A DNA stretch of 64,000 nt, taken from the human T2T-CHM13v2.0 reference genome, Homo sapiens. The notes beneath the pieces are model-generated. The model worked only from the letters and a program-made list of their open reading frames with translations. It ran no database searches and was not told the DNA's origin. The translations under genes were made by a program, and so were the position numbers. The DNA lies in NCBI RefSeq assembly GCF_009914755.1, contig NC_060947.1. One strand, given 5' to 3'. The stretch's first letter is position 1; every line of letters begins with the position of its first letter. Shown in pieces: positions 37,756 through 64,000 of this stretch.

Positions 37756-38521
37756 TAAGTTTTAAATTTTAATATAAATTATATAAAAATAGATTGTTTC
37801 CAATTTTTCAATAAATGGCATTGAAAGAGAAACCAAATTATTTTGGCCATAGGTCAAGCTAACTTCATAAACATAGTAGCCACATTTCAGCTACTACAAG
37901 GTAAGAAATAAGATCCTATTGTGTTTTAAGCTTTAAAAAACTCAAGAGTTGAAAAGTGCCTTGTTACCAAGTCTTTGGAAAATAGAAAATCTAGCTATTT
38001 TAAAGAATAATAATCTCAATCCAACTTTAGTAGGCCAGAATTTTGGGGGCTAGGACAAAAACATTATTACCAAAATAATGTTCAAATATGATGCTTACAA
38101 GATTAAGAAAATCCTGTAACCAACTTCAAGACAAAGTTTTAAACTTCTAAGAAACAGTAGCTGCACATCTACCTCAATTTTAAGTCAAGAATATGGAGGT
38201 GCAGTGGGGGATGAAGCAAGGAGAGGAGTGCCTTCAGCAAAAGATTAAGACTGAATCAAAAATAGTACAAGGCTCAGCCAATAACTACTGACCAAATATA
38301 GTCTTAAAGCTGTACAGACATAGGGCAGAAAGGACTACTGTTCATAGATCAGGCTTCTTGTACCATACCTATCATCATCAATATCCTCATCTTCAAATAC
38401 AAAGAGTTTTTCAGAAAACAAGCTGTACGTAATTAAGCAGAGCTAAAATAACCTTGGATTCGTATTTTCTCTTTTACAAAAAAATAACCTGGTCAACATT
38501 AGTTTTATTTTTAAAAAATTT

Positions 38522-39409
<888 letters not shown>

Positions 39410-40968
39410 GTTTTTGGTGAAGCTTCGTTGGGGGTTTCCTAAAATAACTCCAACAACTAAACAGATTAATATAGACTAAAATCTTGAAAGAAGCCACGAA
39501 AGCGACAAAAATGAATATGAATAAAATGTGATAATTCTAGTAAAATTACAAAGGTATAGAATTACTTCTTTCATGGATTTGATTCTATGGATCAAATTAT
39601 GTCTCTAAAACCTTAACCAGCAATAGTAAAAGTATACAGTCTCCAAAGTTGATGCCAATCACATCTCATAACACCAATCCACAGTAAAACTTAAATAACA
39701 CTAATAAGTTCTACAGGCTATTGATATTCATATTCATGGCCATTGAACATCTTTTTGCTAGGGTAATATTAAGTGAAATATGGCAAAGAAATATTATTTA
39801 CAATTCCTTTCAGGCTTTCTGCAAAGTTCACTTATATAATTTGGAATGATAAACATCCCAAATCTTTATTTTTTTTAAATCCTCTCCTAAACTTTTTAAC
39901 TTAATTTGGTTAATATACACAGAAGTTTCAGACTGCCTTTTCCTCCAACTAAACAAACCTGGCACTGTTTTACCTCTTCCCTTTGTGAAGCATAAAGTTC
40001 TATCTCTATAAAGTACTGAGTTAAACATATAGAACAAATATCAAAAGATTAATACTTTGGTGTATACTGAAAGAAAAATCTAAAGGAATAATAATGAGGA
40101 AAGAAAAAACATGTTCATACTAGGATTAAATGGAGAAAATACTTTTTTCATTATATTTTATATAATAAAATAAGCCCTCATATAATAAAATCTGTTTCAT
40201 TTTTTAAAAAGATACTAAATTATTAATCCTAATATTACTACAATACTGATTTCAGAAATGGATATAAGGGGCTAGAAACACATATAGGCTATATAAAACC
40301 ATAAACACATCTTAAAAGGATACTTCAGTTTCCATGTGGCAACAATCATAGCACTTCCATCTATTTAATACTTAGTGAGCACTTACAATGTGGAAAATAC
40401 AAAAGATGGAGTTTATATTCCAGTTTAATTACTTGCAGGTGTGACAAGAATCTCTTGATCTTCTCCAGGTATATAAAAGTAATGGCTTCAGAAGCAACTC
40501 ACTTCAGGCACAATTATGAGAGTACAAAGAGGAGGAAGGTGGTAAGTAGAGTGAGGCAGGCCACAAAAAGCAAAACCTAGCAAAAGTATGATACATAGGC
40601 AAGATATAGGAACTACATAAAATTAGAGAGGGTGACAAATATTCCTGGCAGAAACCCAGTCACCTCAGCCAGATAAACAGTTTAAATTAGACTACTTTCT
40701 TTCCATTTACATTTACATATAAACAAGAGATAGATTCCTCACCTCCAAGTGAATTCTGGCATGAAGAGTGACATATAACGACACAATGGCCAATAAGTCA
40801 AGAGTCAATCAATGCTAAATAAAAGCTTAGAGCAACACGTAAATATTAATTTGGCTTTAGAATTAATGCAAGGGTCCTGAGCTGTATACAGTGTAAATTA
40901 CAAGCTTACTATGTAAATTACAGGATATTGCTATATGCCAATTGTACTAAAGATAAAAAACAAAATTC

Positions 40969-41418
40969 TTTTTTTTTGAAGTTGCAAGATTTAATAGAGT
41001 GAAAACAGAGCTCCCATAAAATGGGAGGGGACCCAAAGGGGGTTGCCGTTGCTGGCTCGAATGCCTGGGTATATCCCGATCATTGTCCCTCCCCGTGTGC
41101 TCTCAGGCGATAGATGAGTGGCTATTTCTTTATCTTCTGTTTTTGCCTAATTAGGATTTGAGTGAGCTATTTTTACTACCTGATTGGTCGCGTGTGAGCT
41201 AAGTTGCAAGCCCCTTGTTTAAAGGTGGATGTGGTCACCTTCCCAGCTAGGCTTAGGGATTCTTAGTCGGCCTGGGAAATCCAGCTAGTCCTGTCTCTCA
41301 GTCCCCCCTCTCAACAAGAAAACCCAAGTGCTGTTGGGGAGGTTGGCCGATGACTGCTCTAACTGCTTCCTGCTGAACTGGGGCATAGTAGGGGTCGTGC
41401 AGTTGAGATTTCCTCGGG
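40969..41418 (-). mobile_element. HERV-W (HERV17/LTR17) processed pseudogene fragment: env 3' end, PPT, U3-R, poly-A, no U5
   Basis: U3 starts TGAGAGACAGGACTAGCTGGATTTCC at 41300. ATTAAATCTTGCAACTTC is followed by A9. 41418 downward encodes PEEISTARPLLCPSSAGSS*, like the syncytin-1/HERV-W Env C-terminus. Confidence 0.9.
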
Positions 41419-41487
41419 AAAAAAATGTTTAAAAATACAGTCTTATTGCATCATACCCTTGCCTCAGTTTAGAAATATAAGCATGCA

Positions 41488-44030
<2,543 letters not shown>

Positions 44031-44192
44031 AGAAATTGATTATCAGTCTCAAATGAATGAGCCATCCTGCTACCATTTCTAGGTAATTTTATAAAAACTG
44101 TTTAGATTATGATAATTAGGAAAATTCCTAAAATTGTTACCATGATGGATAGTATCAACAATACTAGTTCTTCAAATAAACATTAAACACAC

Positions 44193-44789
44193 TTTTTTTT
44201 ATTTTAAGTTCTGGGATACATGTGCAGAACGTGCAGGTTTGTTACATAGGTAAATATGTACCATGGTGGTTTGCTGCACTTAACCCGTCACCTAGGTATT
44301 GAGTCCCACATGCATTAGCTATTTCTCCTGATGCTTTCCCTTCCCTCACCCCCACAAGAGGCCCTGGTGTGTGTTGTTCCCCCGCCCTGTGTCCATATGT
44401 TCTCATTGTTCAGCTCCCACTTATGAGTGAGAACATGCAGTGTTTGGTTTTCTGTTCCTGTGTTAGTTTGCTGAGGATGATAGCTTCCAGCTTCATCCAT
44501 GTCCCTGCAAAGGACGTGATCCCATTCCTTTTATATGGCTGCATAGTATTCCATGGTGTATATGTACCTTTTCTTTATCCTGCCTATCATTGATGGGCAT
44601 TTGGGTTGGTTCCATGTCTTTGCTATTGTGAATAGTGCTGCAATAAACATATGTGTGCCTGTATTTTTAAAATAGAATGATTTGTATTCCTTTGGGTATA
44701 TACCCAGAAATGGGATTGCTGGGTCAAATGGTATTTCTGGTTCTAGAACCTTGAGGAATCATCACAGTCTTCCACCATGGTTGAACTAA
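44193..44789 (-). mobile_element. Short 5'-truncated L1 (L1PA8/10-like 3' end)
   Basis: L1PA 3'UTR; TSD AAACA(C/T)ACTTTT. Confidence 0.9.
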
Positions 44790-45549
44790 AACATACTTTT
44801 AAAACTACTTCTGTACTCACAAGCCAGCTCAGCAGCAGAACTGTCTGTGTGAAATTTTAACTTCAAATTCTAGTGTAACTATGGCAAAGTTTCTAAAATG
44901 AATATTAATCTTTAAAATGACGAAGAAATAGTAATAGGTGATAGTGTAAGACCTCAAACAATACCACAAATATTAATTACATATGCCTCAGAATTTCCTT
45001 GAGTGGCATTAAGTATTAACACTATTTTGAATTTAGCTCAATTTTCTTCTTCTGATTTAATTTTGGTACAATACAAAACCAATTTGATTAGTCAAGCATA
45101 CAGCTAATGAAATGGCATGACTGGCACTTAGAACTAAAATAATGTAAATATCACAGATATTTTTGCTCTTGCCATAAGAAATCTAGAAATTCACCCTTGG
45201 TAAATGTAAGTACACATGTATTTTAAAGTGTTACAGTAGTTAGTGTGGAGAATAGAATCTGGGAATTAACTCTCAAATTCCTTCCTTATGCTCCCTTACC
45301 TTCATTTCATTAAACTACTAAATAACTTTTTTGATTAACTATACGAACGACGGAAACATTTGAATAAATACTCCAACATAGTGCAAAGTCCAGATAAGGT
45401 CAGAATTTTATTGTTTTTGGCCAAAGTCTGTTGTAAAACTTTCATAGAAAAGAACTGGCACAATTCAATCTTTAAAGTGAGTCGCTAAAATCAAGATATG
45501 AACAGCTAAAAGTAGTTTCTAAGGATAAAAATAGGAAACTTAAAAATCA

Positions 45550-45846
45550 GGCCAGGCGCAGTAGTTCACACCTATAATCCTAGCACTTTGGGAGGCCAAG
45601 GCAGGCAGATGACCTGGGATCTGGAGTTTGAGACCAGCCTAGCCAACATGGCAAAACCCTGTCTCTACTAAAAACACAAAAAAGTTAGCCAGGCATGGTG
45701 GCAGGAGCCTGTAATCCCAGTTACTTGGGAGGTTGACGCAGGAGAATCATTTGAACCCAGAAGCGGGGGTTGCAGTGAGCCAAGATAGTGCCACTGCACT
45801 CCAGCCTGTGCAACAGTGCAAGACTCTGTCTCAAAAGAAGAAAAAA
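45550..45846 (+). mobile_element. Alu
   Basis: Full dimeric Alu. Confidence 0.9.
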
Positions 45847-45932
45847 GAAAATCAAATTTGTAAAATAAGTAAATTAACTATCAAATTATGCACCTATCCA
45901 GAGTAGCTTACCTGTTCCCATATTACTCTAGA

Positions 45933-46071
45933 TCCACACTATCCAATATAGTGGCCACTAGCCACATGTGGTTGCTGAATGTCAAATTACTTAAAATTAA
46001 ATAAAATAAATATTTAATTTCTCAGTTGCAATCATCTCCATTGTCACAGAAGGTTCTACTGGGTAGCACTG
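45933..46071. mobile_element. MER3/MER33-like hAT fragment
   Basis: CTATCCAATATAGTGGCCACTAGCCACATGTGG ... TTCTACTGGGTAGCACTG. Confidence 0.6.
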
Positions 46072-46179
46072 TTTTATATAAAATACCAGTTAAAATATGC
46101 CCTGAAAAATTACTGATATAATTCCAAATATAATGGGAAGAATGAAAAGAGGGACATGTCCATTTATTATACAAATTCT

Positions 46180-48880
<2,701 letters not shown>

Positions 48881-49133
48881 GTACCATGGCTAATACTCTA
48901 TCTTTGGAGCTCTCTAGGTATAAATCTGTCATACCAAGAAAATATGGTGACATCTGACCATGAATATGACAGATAGTCTATTTAGAAGACAAGCAATATA
49001 ACTTAGGCCAATCAAATAACTTCTCTGAGCTTTGGGTTTCTCTGCTGCAAACAGAAGGGTTTATAACCAAGTTCCCCAAATCTGTTCCCAGGAACTTACA
49101 GGATCTTTGGATCTGTTTCCAGGATCTTAATAG

Positions 49134-49464
<331 letters not shown>

Positions 49465-49653
49465 CCATGCTTAAATTACTTGGGAAATGCTCCCTATAAG
49501 GTGAGCAATGCATTTTAACATATGAAAAGCTACGAAAAGTACACCATTCATTTAACTTTTCCCCATTTTTAAAAAGCTGTTTGCCACATTTACTTGACCA
49601 TGGAACTCCTTTTTTTTTTTTTTCCGAAAAACTGTCAATTCTTTATAGTTCTA

Positions 49654-50005
<352 letters not shown>

Positions 50006-51635
50006 GATATACCTTCATGATTAAATTTTGTTTAGATTGGCAACCTATAAAACTGATTGGTTTGAAAGTAGCTATAGAGAACTATGACCCACAAAGAGAA
50101 AACTGCCTCAAATCACAAACTGGAAAGATTTCATATCCATCTTAGTGAGTTTTTGTCAGGCTTTGAATTCTAAATAACTTAAACTTAAGCATCTTGAGTA
50201 CCAGTTACTACATGAAAATACATCATGATCGAATTGCCTCTGTTCTAAAAGCTCCTCCCCAAATAACATGCCAGATTTAAAATGAATTTAAAAACATCAG
50301 TGCCAGGGCCATGACAATTCCTAAGCAATTACTAAAAGAATAACAAACGGATTCAAATCAGTGTAAAGAGTTTATTTTACAAAACCAGCAGAAGTTTGAA
50401 AGTATATGCTTAGTTAAAAGAAAAAAAAAGCGAGAGAAGGGAAGAAGGGATAAAGAAAGCCTGTAAACCTAATATTGTAATGGTTGCTCTTCAGCATTTC
50501 ACATGTGACCCATGAAGCATAACACACTACAAAATAATGTTGACAGTATAGCTAAAAATACTGTATTTTGAAAATAAGTAAATGCATGAATAACAAAAGT
50601 TATCTCAATTCAATATATTAATTATGACTAAAGCTTTAAGGCAAAGTGAACACTGGAAAATTCTGGTGGATAAACAAACAACTCTTGGAAAAAAAAAAGT
50701 TAGCAATACCATGTTCAATGAGACTCAACTTTTCCAAGTAACATCCAAGCTATGGAAAAGTATTTTTAGCAATATACTTCAGAGTATCCAATTTCCCTGA
50801 ATAAGTCCTATGTATGTCTAATCAATGATTTTGTCTAAATATATCTTAAGAAATATTTCTAGCTTCAATTTACTTAACCTCTGAGGCTAAACTACATAAG
50901 CTTAATGTATAAGAAGTATTCCTTTTAAAAAAGTATTCATATTTTTCTATCTGAAATTCATCCCTTTCAAATTATAGGCATATTCTGTAGGCACTATATA
51001 TAAAATAACGTAATTTTTTAGAAGAGCGAGAAAGTAATGGAGCAGAGGAGCAATTACTCACCCAGCACCTTGGTTTTGCACATACTTTGTGAGGGCGAAC
51101 TTTAATATAAATAGTTTTGTATCTAGATCTCTTTGGGAACCACTACTAGTATTTCTTCATAATGGTCTGGCCAGAGATGTCCCAAGAATAATTTGAATGA
51201 GACGTGAATTTCATTAAACTGGAACCAAGAAAGGTGACTTTTTGTCTTAATACAGACATATAAAAATGTATAACATCATTATAATTTTGGAAAACAACAC
51301 ATATAAATAATGTACTTTTGTTTGGGAAACTCAGCACATAGACATGTAAATAGACAACCATATGGCTAAAAACGTCTATACTATATTAAAAAAGAAGTTT
51401 CTGCTAAGAAAGAAGTGAAATGAAATGAAATAAAGAAAACAAAGATCACCTTTTATAAAACATTGTATTTGCTTTAAGTAAAAATGTTTTAAAAATCTGG
51501 ACTAGCCATGAAACTCCTCAGGAATGTAAACAGTTTGTTTATGCTTCCAATTTAATTTTGGTACCTATTTTTGTCTTCCTAATGAGTTCAGGAAGGAAAG
51601 AATCAACAATCTGTTTATAACACACAGGTATATTA

Positions 51636-51797
<162 letters not shown>

Positions 51798-52668
51798 TCA
51801 GAAGCAAATGTCTGATTTTAATTTAATTTGTTGGAATACATTTTTAATTATTAAACCAAAATGAAAATAATAGGCATATATTTGAACATGTTATAAACTA
51901 AATTTATAACTGGTAACCACCCAACACCTTAACATATCATCTGGATATTTTATTTCTAAGCTAGTCTTGAACTAAAGCTTTTTTTATGCACATATTTGAA
52001 TCTTAAATAAATATGTCACAGATTAATAAGCTTTAAAGTTTACATCAGTTCTTCTTGATCTTTAGGCTTACACGTCTATTCATATAAAACCGTATAAGCA
52101 AGGATATAACTATAGCACAAGTATGCCAGGGAAAATTCAGGCATATTTATACTTGGGTACATGTTCGTATTATGAAATACTTGCCAGTTGTGTCATAACA
52201 GATAACAGCACTGCATATCAGATGGTAACTGGTTATAAATAGCTGTGTTTTTTTCTCTTTCATGTTTAAGTCAAAAAATGTAAGGAAATATTAAATATTA
52301 CTAATAACTTGGCTTTAAAACAAAAACCCAAAAGCTCTCTTGAAAGTTTCCAAATAAACTCAATTAAGAATTTCCTTAAATTATAAAATGAGATGCTTAA
52401 AATCTGGTATCATTACACAACTATTTACCTTGGAGAATTAGGATTTTTTAAAATAGTATGCTAATTAAACAAAACATAGAAATAAATGGGCTGCTATACC
52501 TTAAGTATTTATTACTCCAATAGGCATCTTTAATGCCTAATTTTACATTTTTATGTTTATCAAATACCACTTTATGTTTGACATATTGAGGTTCCAGGTA
52601 AAACTTGGGAAAAATCTGTAAAACACTGAAAATCAGCTGAGTAGAAAAGCTTATTTAACAATTACTGA

Positions 52669-52979
<311 letters not shown>

Positions 52980-53394
52980 ACTGATAGGTTGATATTTTTG
53001 CTTAAATATGTTCAAATATTAAAATTGTACATATAATTTTGATTTACCTGTTACGAAAAGTACAATATCATTAGGATGACATTATCAAAACTAATAAAGA
53101 GTAAGAACATTATAATGAAAGAATATTGTAAGTATTTATACTGTATTAATCAAAGCAGGAATCTTTGAGATCTCTATTCCATGATTACAAAGGTATTTTA
53201 TATTCTTTACCTATATATATTCACTTTTACACAAAAGGACTCCTTTTTAGGTCTCTAAAAATTTACTTGTACACTAAGAAAACAAAAACAACATTGGCAA
53301 GATAAGAAAAACTAGTATTTAGAAAAGCATGGGAACATTTACTCAATCTAAAAATAAGCTACTCTCCACTCCTTCCTCTGATATCACAGTCCTA

Positions 53395-53562
<168 letters not shown>

Positions 53563-53685
53563 CTAAAAAAGTATAAATAAAACACAGGAAAAACACATTT
53601 ATTTGGTTTAAAAATATAAATCTATTCCACTACTAAATTGTTCCATTCATTATAGAGCAAAGTACAGTTTTAAAATATGGAATCA

Positions 53686-54332
<647 letters not shown>

Positions 54333-55130
54333 CTATATGTATGTGTATAGATATATATTTTCCATATATATATATTCCATATACATATGGAATCAGGAAG
54401 AGAATTTTTAAATATTTAATAATTGACCAAATTTAAGAAACAGTCACAAAATCAGCACATTTAAATGATATGACAACATTTACATGGCATGGCACTCTAA
54501 TATACATTTAAATGTCTTAATCAAGTCATTTGCTTAGCTGTTAATCTTATGAAATAAGTGTTACAAAGCAACTAACATCCCAAAATCAAAAAAGCACACA
54601 GGTGATGAGTAAACTCTCTATTACTTGATTCATTCAGTAGTGACGAACTGATCCAAAATCAGAAGACCTAGATTCTATACAAATGATAAGAATACAAGTG
54701 AAAGGTATTACTTGCACCAAACCCACAACCAATAAAGCAAAACTGTTTTTCCTATTAAAGTTAACTTGTTTCCAAAAGGGTATAAAACTAACAATGTTAT
54801 AAATACTATGCTTTAAATAACTCAGCTATGTAGCCAAAATTCCTTGAAACAAAAACTTGTTTTTAAAAAAACAAGTACAATTCTGGACATTAGATACCAT
54901 ATATAGATAAGAATGAAACTATAAAACAACAAAAATCGTGTTGCATTTTTAATCTAAGCTAATGTACAAATCCCTGAGGTGTTTCATAAATACTTAATTG
55001 TTAAAACAATAAAAAGAAAAACCAGAATACTAAAAACCTTTAGATAAAGTGAACGTCTACATTCTCATCTTGAAACAGGTCCTAAAATCTACTTCTGGCT
55101 ACAATGTCAATTTTTATAAGTGCTATAATT

Positions 55131-55332
55131 GTGTATATATATACACACACACACACATGTGTATATATACACACATATATACATATATGTGTGTATATTC
55201 AGTGGTATATACACATATGTATATATACACGTATATGTATGTGTATATGTATAGATACCTATGTATATCTATACATGTATGTGTATATATGTATATGTAT
55301 GTATACATATACATATATGTGTGTATATATAT
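55131..55332. repeat. Compound (TA)/(CA)/(TATG) low-complexity repeat
   Basis: About 200 bp of mostly alternating purine-pyrimidine sequence; the source of the Y/I/M/C-rich ORFs. Confidence 0.9.
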
Positions 55333-55388
55333 GCCATTGAATAGGACACACATCAATACTATTACCACCAGGTCAATCAAGAACAATA

Positions 55389-56218
55389 GGCTGGGAACGG
55401 TGGCTCATGCCTGTAATCCCAGCACTTTGGGAGGCAAAGGTAGGAGAATCACTTGAGCCCTGCAGTTTGAGACCAGCCTGGGCAACATAGCGAGATCTCA
55501 TCCCTACAAAAAATGTAAAAATTATGGCTCTGAATGAAAATAAGTGAAAAAAAAAGAACAACAACAACAAAAATTAGCCAGGCATGGTGGCACGCCTGTA
55601 GTCCCAGCTACTCGGGAGACTGCAGTGGGAGGATTGCTTGAGCCCACGAGGTCAAGGCTGCAGTGAACTGTGTTCATGTCACTGCACTCCAGCCCGTGGG
55701 TGACCCTGTCTCCAAAAACAAAGAACAACAATAAAACACAAAAGAATAATTTTCTAACGCATCTCTGGTGATCACCATGAGAGAAGATATTTTGTGTGTT
55801 TTTTTTTCAATGATGTATTCCTTGCACCCAAAAAAGTGTTGGGCATAAAGCAGGACTAAATAAATATTTGTTGAATAAATGAATAAAAATCAAAGTAAAG
55901 TCTAACTATAATCAATGTTTTTGTTTTTTTTTTCTTTTGAGTCGGAGTCTCGCTCTGTCACCCAGACTATAATGCAGTGGTGCGATCTTGGCTCACTGCA
56001 ACCTCCGCCTCCTGGGTTCAAGTGATTCTCCTGCCTCAGCCTCACGAGTAGCTGGGATTAGAGGCACAAGCCACCATGTCCAGCTAATTTCTGTATTTTT
56101 AGTAGAGACGGGGTTTCACCATGTTGGCCAGGCTGGTCTCGAACTCCTGACCTCGTGATCCACCCGCCTCAGCCTCCCAAAGTGCTGGGATTACAGGCAT
56201 GAGCCACCGTGCCCAACC
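55389..56218. mobile_element. Tail-to-tail Alu pair (AluJ plus 55389-55725; AluS minus 55918-56218)
   Basis: Alu sequence; minus copy has TSD TAATCAATGTT. Confidence 0.9.
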
Positions 56219-56681
56219 TAATCAATGTTATTGTAAGAATTCCTGGAGAAAAAATCTCAAATTCTCGTATCAGGATGCCTTTTTTGTTTTCCTAGGAAAC
56301 ACAGGTCAAAGAACCACAGTCCAACATGTATTCAGAATTCTGGTAACATGAGTGAATCACCTGTGATTATTTTTGTTTTAAATTATATCCTGCTATATAT
56401 CTTTGGTAAGTTCCTTCAAAAAAAAACAATTTGAATCTACCAAAATAATTGAAGCCTGTGCAACTGTCATGATGCTCCGGAAGAATGGTAATCAGATTAT
56501 TTCAGATTTGCATCTCCAGGGTTTAGCATCAGGACAGAGGATTAAGTAAATTCTTTCCATTAATTCTCACATCTTTAGTTTTTCTTCCAAGCAAACAACT
56601 ATACAGAGCTATGTTTCAGAAAAATATAGAGGTAATATTAAAGTCAATGCAGCTGATGATTCAATCTAAAAAATACTTCAT

Positions 56682-58566
<1,885 letters not shown>

Positions 58567-59539
58567 GGTTTTTGTTAAGAGTATAATTCAAACTTCTATA
58601 TTATTCTATAAAACAGCTCTAAAAGTTAAATTATAGAATCTCTGAAATGTAAGGATCCCTATGTATAATCAACCTAACCCCACACCTTACAGAAGAGAAA
58701 ACAGATCCAGAAGTGCCTTGTCCAATTGTTACAATGAAACAATACAGGAATCTGGGTTTCTCTGCCCACTCCTCTTTCTACTACTGTCCTCTTAAGGCAG
58801 CTGAAAAATTATAATGATAGCAATCATTAACACAAAGCTGCAAAGCAATGAAAACTGTAAATCTGAATAAACTGAAAGACATTAAATTAACCCTAGATTA
58901 TAAACCTTCTTGATAGTTAGACTGGCTGACCTGAAGAGCAAATCTAATAACTGAATTACCATACTTCAGAATCATTATGACAACTGAGAAAATCAGAAAA
59001 CTCACGGAGATGATACTATTCATCATAATTAGTTAAAAGAAATCCAGCTGGGCACTGAATAAAATGTAAAAGGTAGCAAATCTCAGGAGGCCAGGACTGC
59101 ACCAGGAGCTACATTCTAAATACTAACTTTCAAACACCAAAAATATTTGTTTACCCTGGCTTTTAAAAATAATAGTATCAGACAAGTAACTCTAAAAAAC
59201 AAATATAGCAGAGAATACGCTATTTGTTTTCCAAGACCATGGCTACAGAAGTTAAATGAAGAAGCAAACTGAGATTGCATGCTCAAAAAGTAAAATGTAA
59301 CATTTTGCCTGGGTCTGATTGGTTGATTGATTTAGAGGACAGAACAGGCATATACAAAAGTTAGTCATGTAATCTTTTGCTCTTTAGGGACAGAAAACAA
59401 AATGGATTTTGAAAAATACAGCAAAGCTTTATATCAATGTAAGTGTACTACAGAGATAACAGGGTACTTTGAAGTCTGAGAGCCTGGAACTAAAATTTAC
59501 TAGCTGTTACTCTTTTTTGGCAGTATGATCCAGTAGAGA

Positions 59540-59670
59540 GACTGATTTGAATCTTTGCAGCATCCCCAGTTACTACTTATATGACCTTAGGCAAAGTTTC
59601 TTAGCCTCTCTGAGCCTGAACTTCCTCATCTGTAAAACAGTAATGATAACTATCTACTAAAGTTCGGTTA
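59540..59670 (+). mobile_element. MIR core
   Basis: TGACCTTAGGCAAAGTTTCTTAGCCTCTCTGAGCCTGAACTTCCTCATCTGTAAAACAG. Confidence 0.75.
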
Positions 59671-60069
59671 GGACAAAGACAGTCATCCACTCATGCATTC
59701 ATTCAGCCATTTAAAGTATAGGAAAGCAATGGAAAGAAGATTAAATTGCTGCCCTAAGGGAACCCATAGTCTTAGAGGAGCAAACAAAATAGTAAATAGA
59801 AACAAATTAAGCTGCAAGTGCCCAGAGGTCAGTAGAGAACTAAGGAAGCAAAGAAGTAAGGTACACCTAATTTTGCCTAGAGGTTTAAGGGTTCATGTCC
59901 AGTTTCACCCTTGAAAAATATAAGAAAAGTTCACAAGACAGAAAGGGAAAGAAGGGCATTCCAAGCAAAGAGAAAGGCACCCCAACCCAATACAATTCTG
60001 CATGGTAACTAGTGCATAATATCTCCTTATTAAGAAGGGCTTCTTTTTTTTTTTTTTTTAATGAAAAAC

Positions 60070-62890
<2,821 letters not shown>

Positions 62891-64000
62891 TGTCAAGCAA
62901 GGGCATCTCTAAATTATGACACAAACACTAAACTACCTTTTTAGAATACCATTTTGCTGCCTACCAAAAGGAAAGTGTTTATTAATCAATCAGTAATCAA
63001 CATCAGTAGTAAAACAAAAACTAAAACACAGGAACTAAAACTAATATTCAAATGTGACAAAGATGCTCAGGACAAAATTTCATTAAGGCAAGTTCACTGA
63101 ATCCAAAGTATTAGTCCCTAACACCAGCTCTCTTCACTTTCACAGTATCTCATTTGTACTGAGATACCAGTTATCCTAAGATTAATGATAAATCTCCAAA
63201 AGGATTTTAAATCATTGAAAGTACGTTCCTTAGAGCCCATCTGTGGAAAAAAAAATGCCAAGGATCAATCTAGACAAATCGCTAAAGCCAATATATTTCA
63301 GAGAGCGCGTGGTGGCTCAAGCAAGTCAGTAGTCAGGAGTAGTCAGGAATACCGATTTCCAGATATTGACCTCTCTCTGTCATAATACCTATCAGTTAGC
63401 ATTATATGCACAATACACTGCACTGGGGTTGAGCAGAGCATGCTTTTTGATATCCCATGATGCATCCTGTTCTTCCTAACTATGGCTATGTCCACATGGC
63501 AGTTAATAAATCAAACATGCTTAAACTGCTTCCACACTTAGAGATGCAATAACTATGCTACCAGCACTCAAAGATCATTCTGCTATTCTAATTGACAATT
63601 TAAGCTATTATTAGTAATTGGAGAACAACAGCTGGTTAAGAAAAGAATACAGGTATGTCTGGAATTTAAATACAGTGTTTTAAAGTACTTGGTGAGGATC
63701 AAATGAGATAATGTGAAAACACTTTTAAACTTGAAGGTGTTATATGCAGATGCAACTTCTTATAACAACATATAATCATAGATGTATGTATATTTTTTAA
63801 GGACAATAACAAACAATCTTTATAAAAGTTTTTCATAAAAAACATAAAATTACTTCTAGTATTTTGCATATAAAATGAGGGTAATACAATCTATGTCATT
63901 CCAAATGTAAGCGCTAACTGGTGCTTTCAGTTTTAGAGATGAAAATGCGAAATAAATGTAAAACTATATACCACACCTAAACACATTTATAACTTTGGTT

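Noticed and set aside
45290-45920. Isolated strong minus-strand donors (AAG|GTAAGG near 45299, CAG|GTAAGC near 45910)
   Set aside because: No convincing paired acceptor; such motifs are frequent in tens of kb of intron.
55049-55456. 135-aa Tyr/Ile/Met-rich ORF and overlapping ORFs
   Set aside because: Translation of a TA/CA/TG microsatellite running into an Alu.
63225-63260. Strong minus-strand acceptor T9CCACAG|ATG
   Set aside because: No good downstream donor was found.

Overview
Primate (very likely human, Xq21) genomic DNA lying inside the BRWD3 gene (bromodomain and WD-repeat protein 3, a CUL4-DDB1-associated factor), transcribed on the minus strand. Four coding exons splice into one continuous frame: 53412-53562, 51641-51739, 5379-5539 and 3839-4060. 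I recall these as exons 5-8, encoding about aa 61-271, the N-terminal helical region and first WD40 repeats. The rest is intron, including a 46.1-kb phase-1 intron at 5540-51640. It is packed with transposon fossils: a full-length dead L1PA5-like element with a 3' transduction, a twin-primed old L1MA, L1PA/L1PB/L1M fragments, more than 35 Alu/FLAM copies, an internally deleted ERV-L provirus, a HERV-W processed pseudogene, a CR1/L3 remnant, and MER20, MER58A and MIR elements. Nearly all ORFs in the supplied track are repeat-derived or noise. The most interesting hypothesis concerns the long intron, which splits a DDB1-binding H-box-like helix (PNV|[11 protein letters not shown]). It also holds several splice-competent entry points onto exon 7: a 157-nt cassette with an immediate stop and an in-frame ATG, an L1 antisense-promoter/ORF0 donor in exon 7's phase, and two microexon candidates. 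Together these could switch BRWD3 between full-length, NMD-destroyed and N-terminally truncated forms. This is inference from sequence only. Subfamily labels and repeat boundaries were judged by eye and are approximate.
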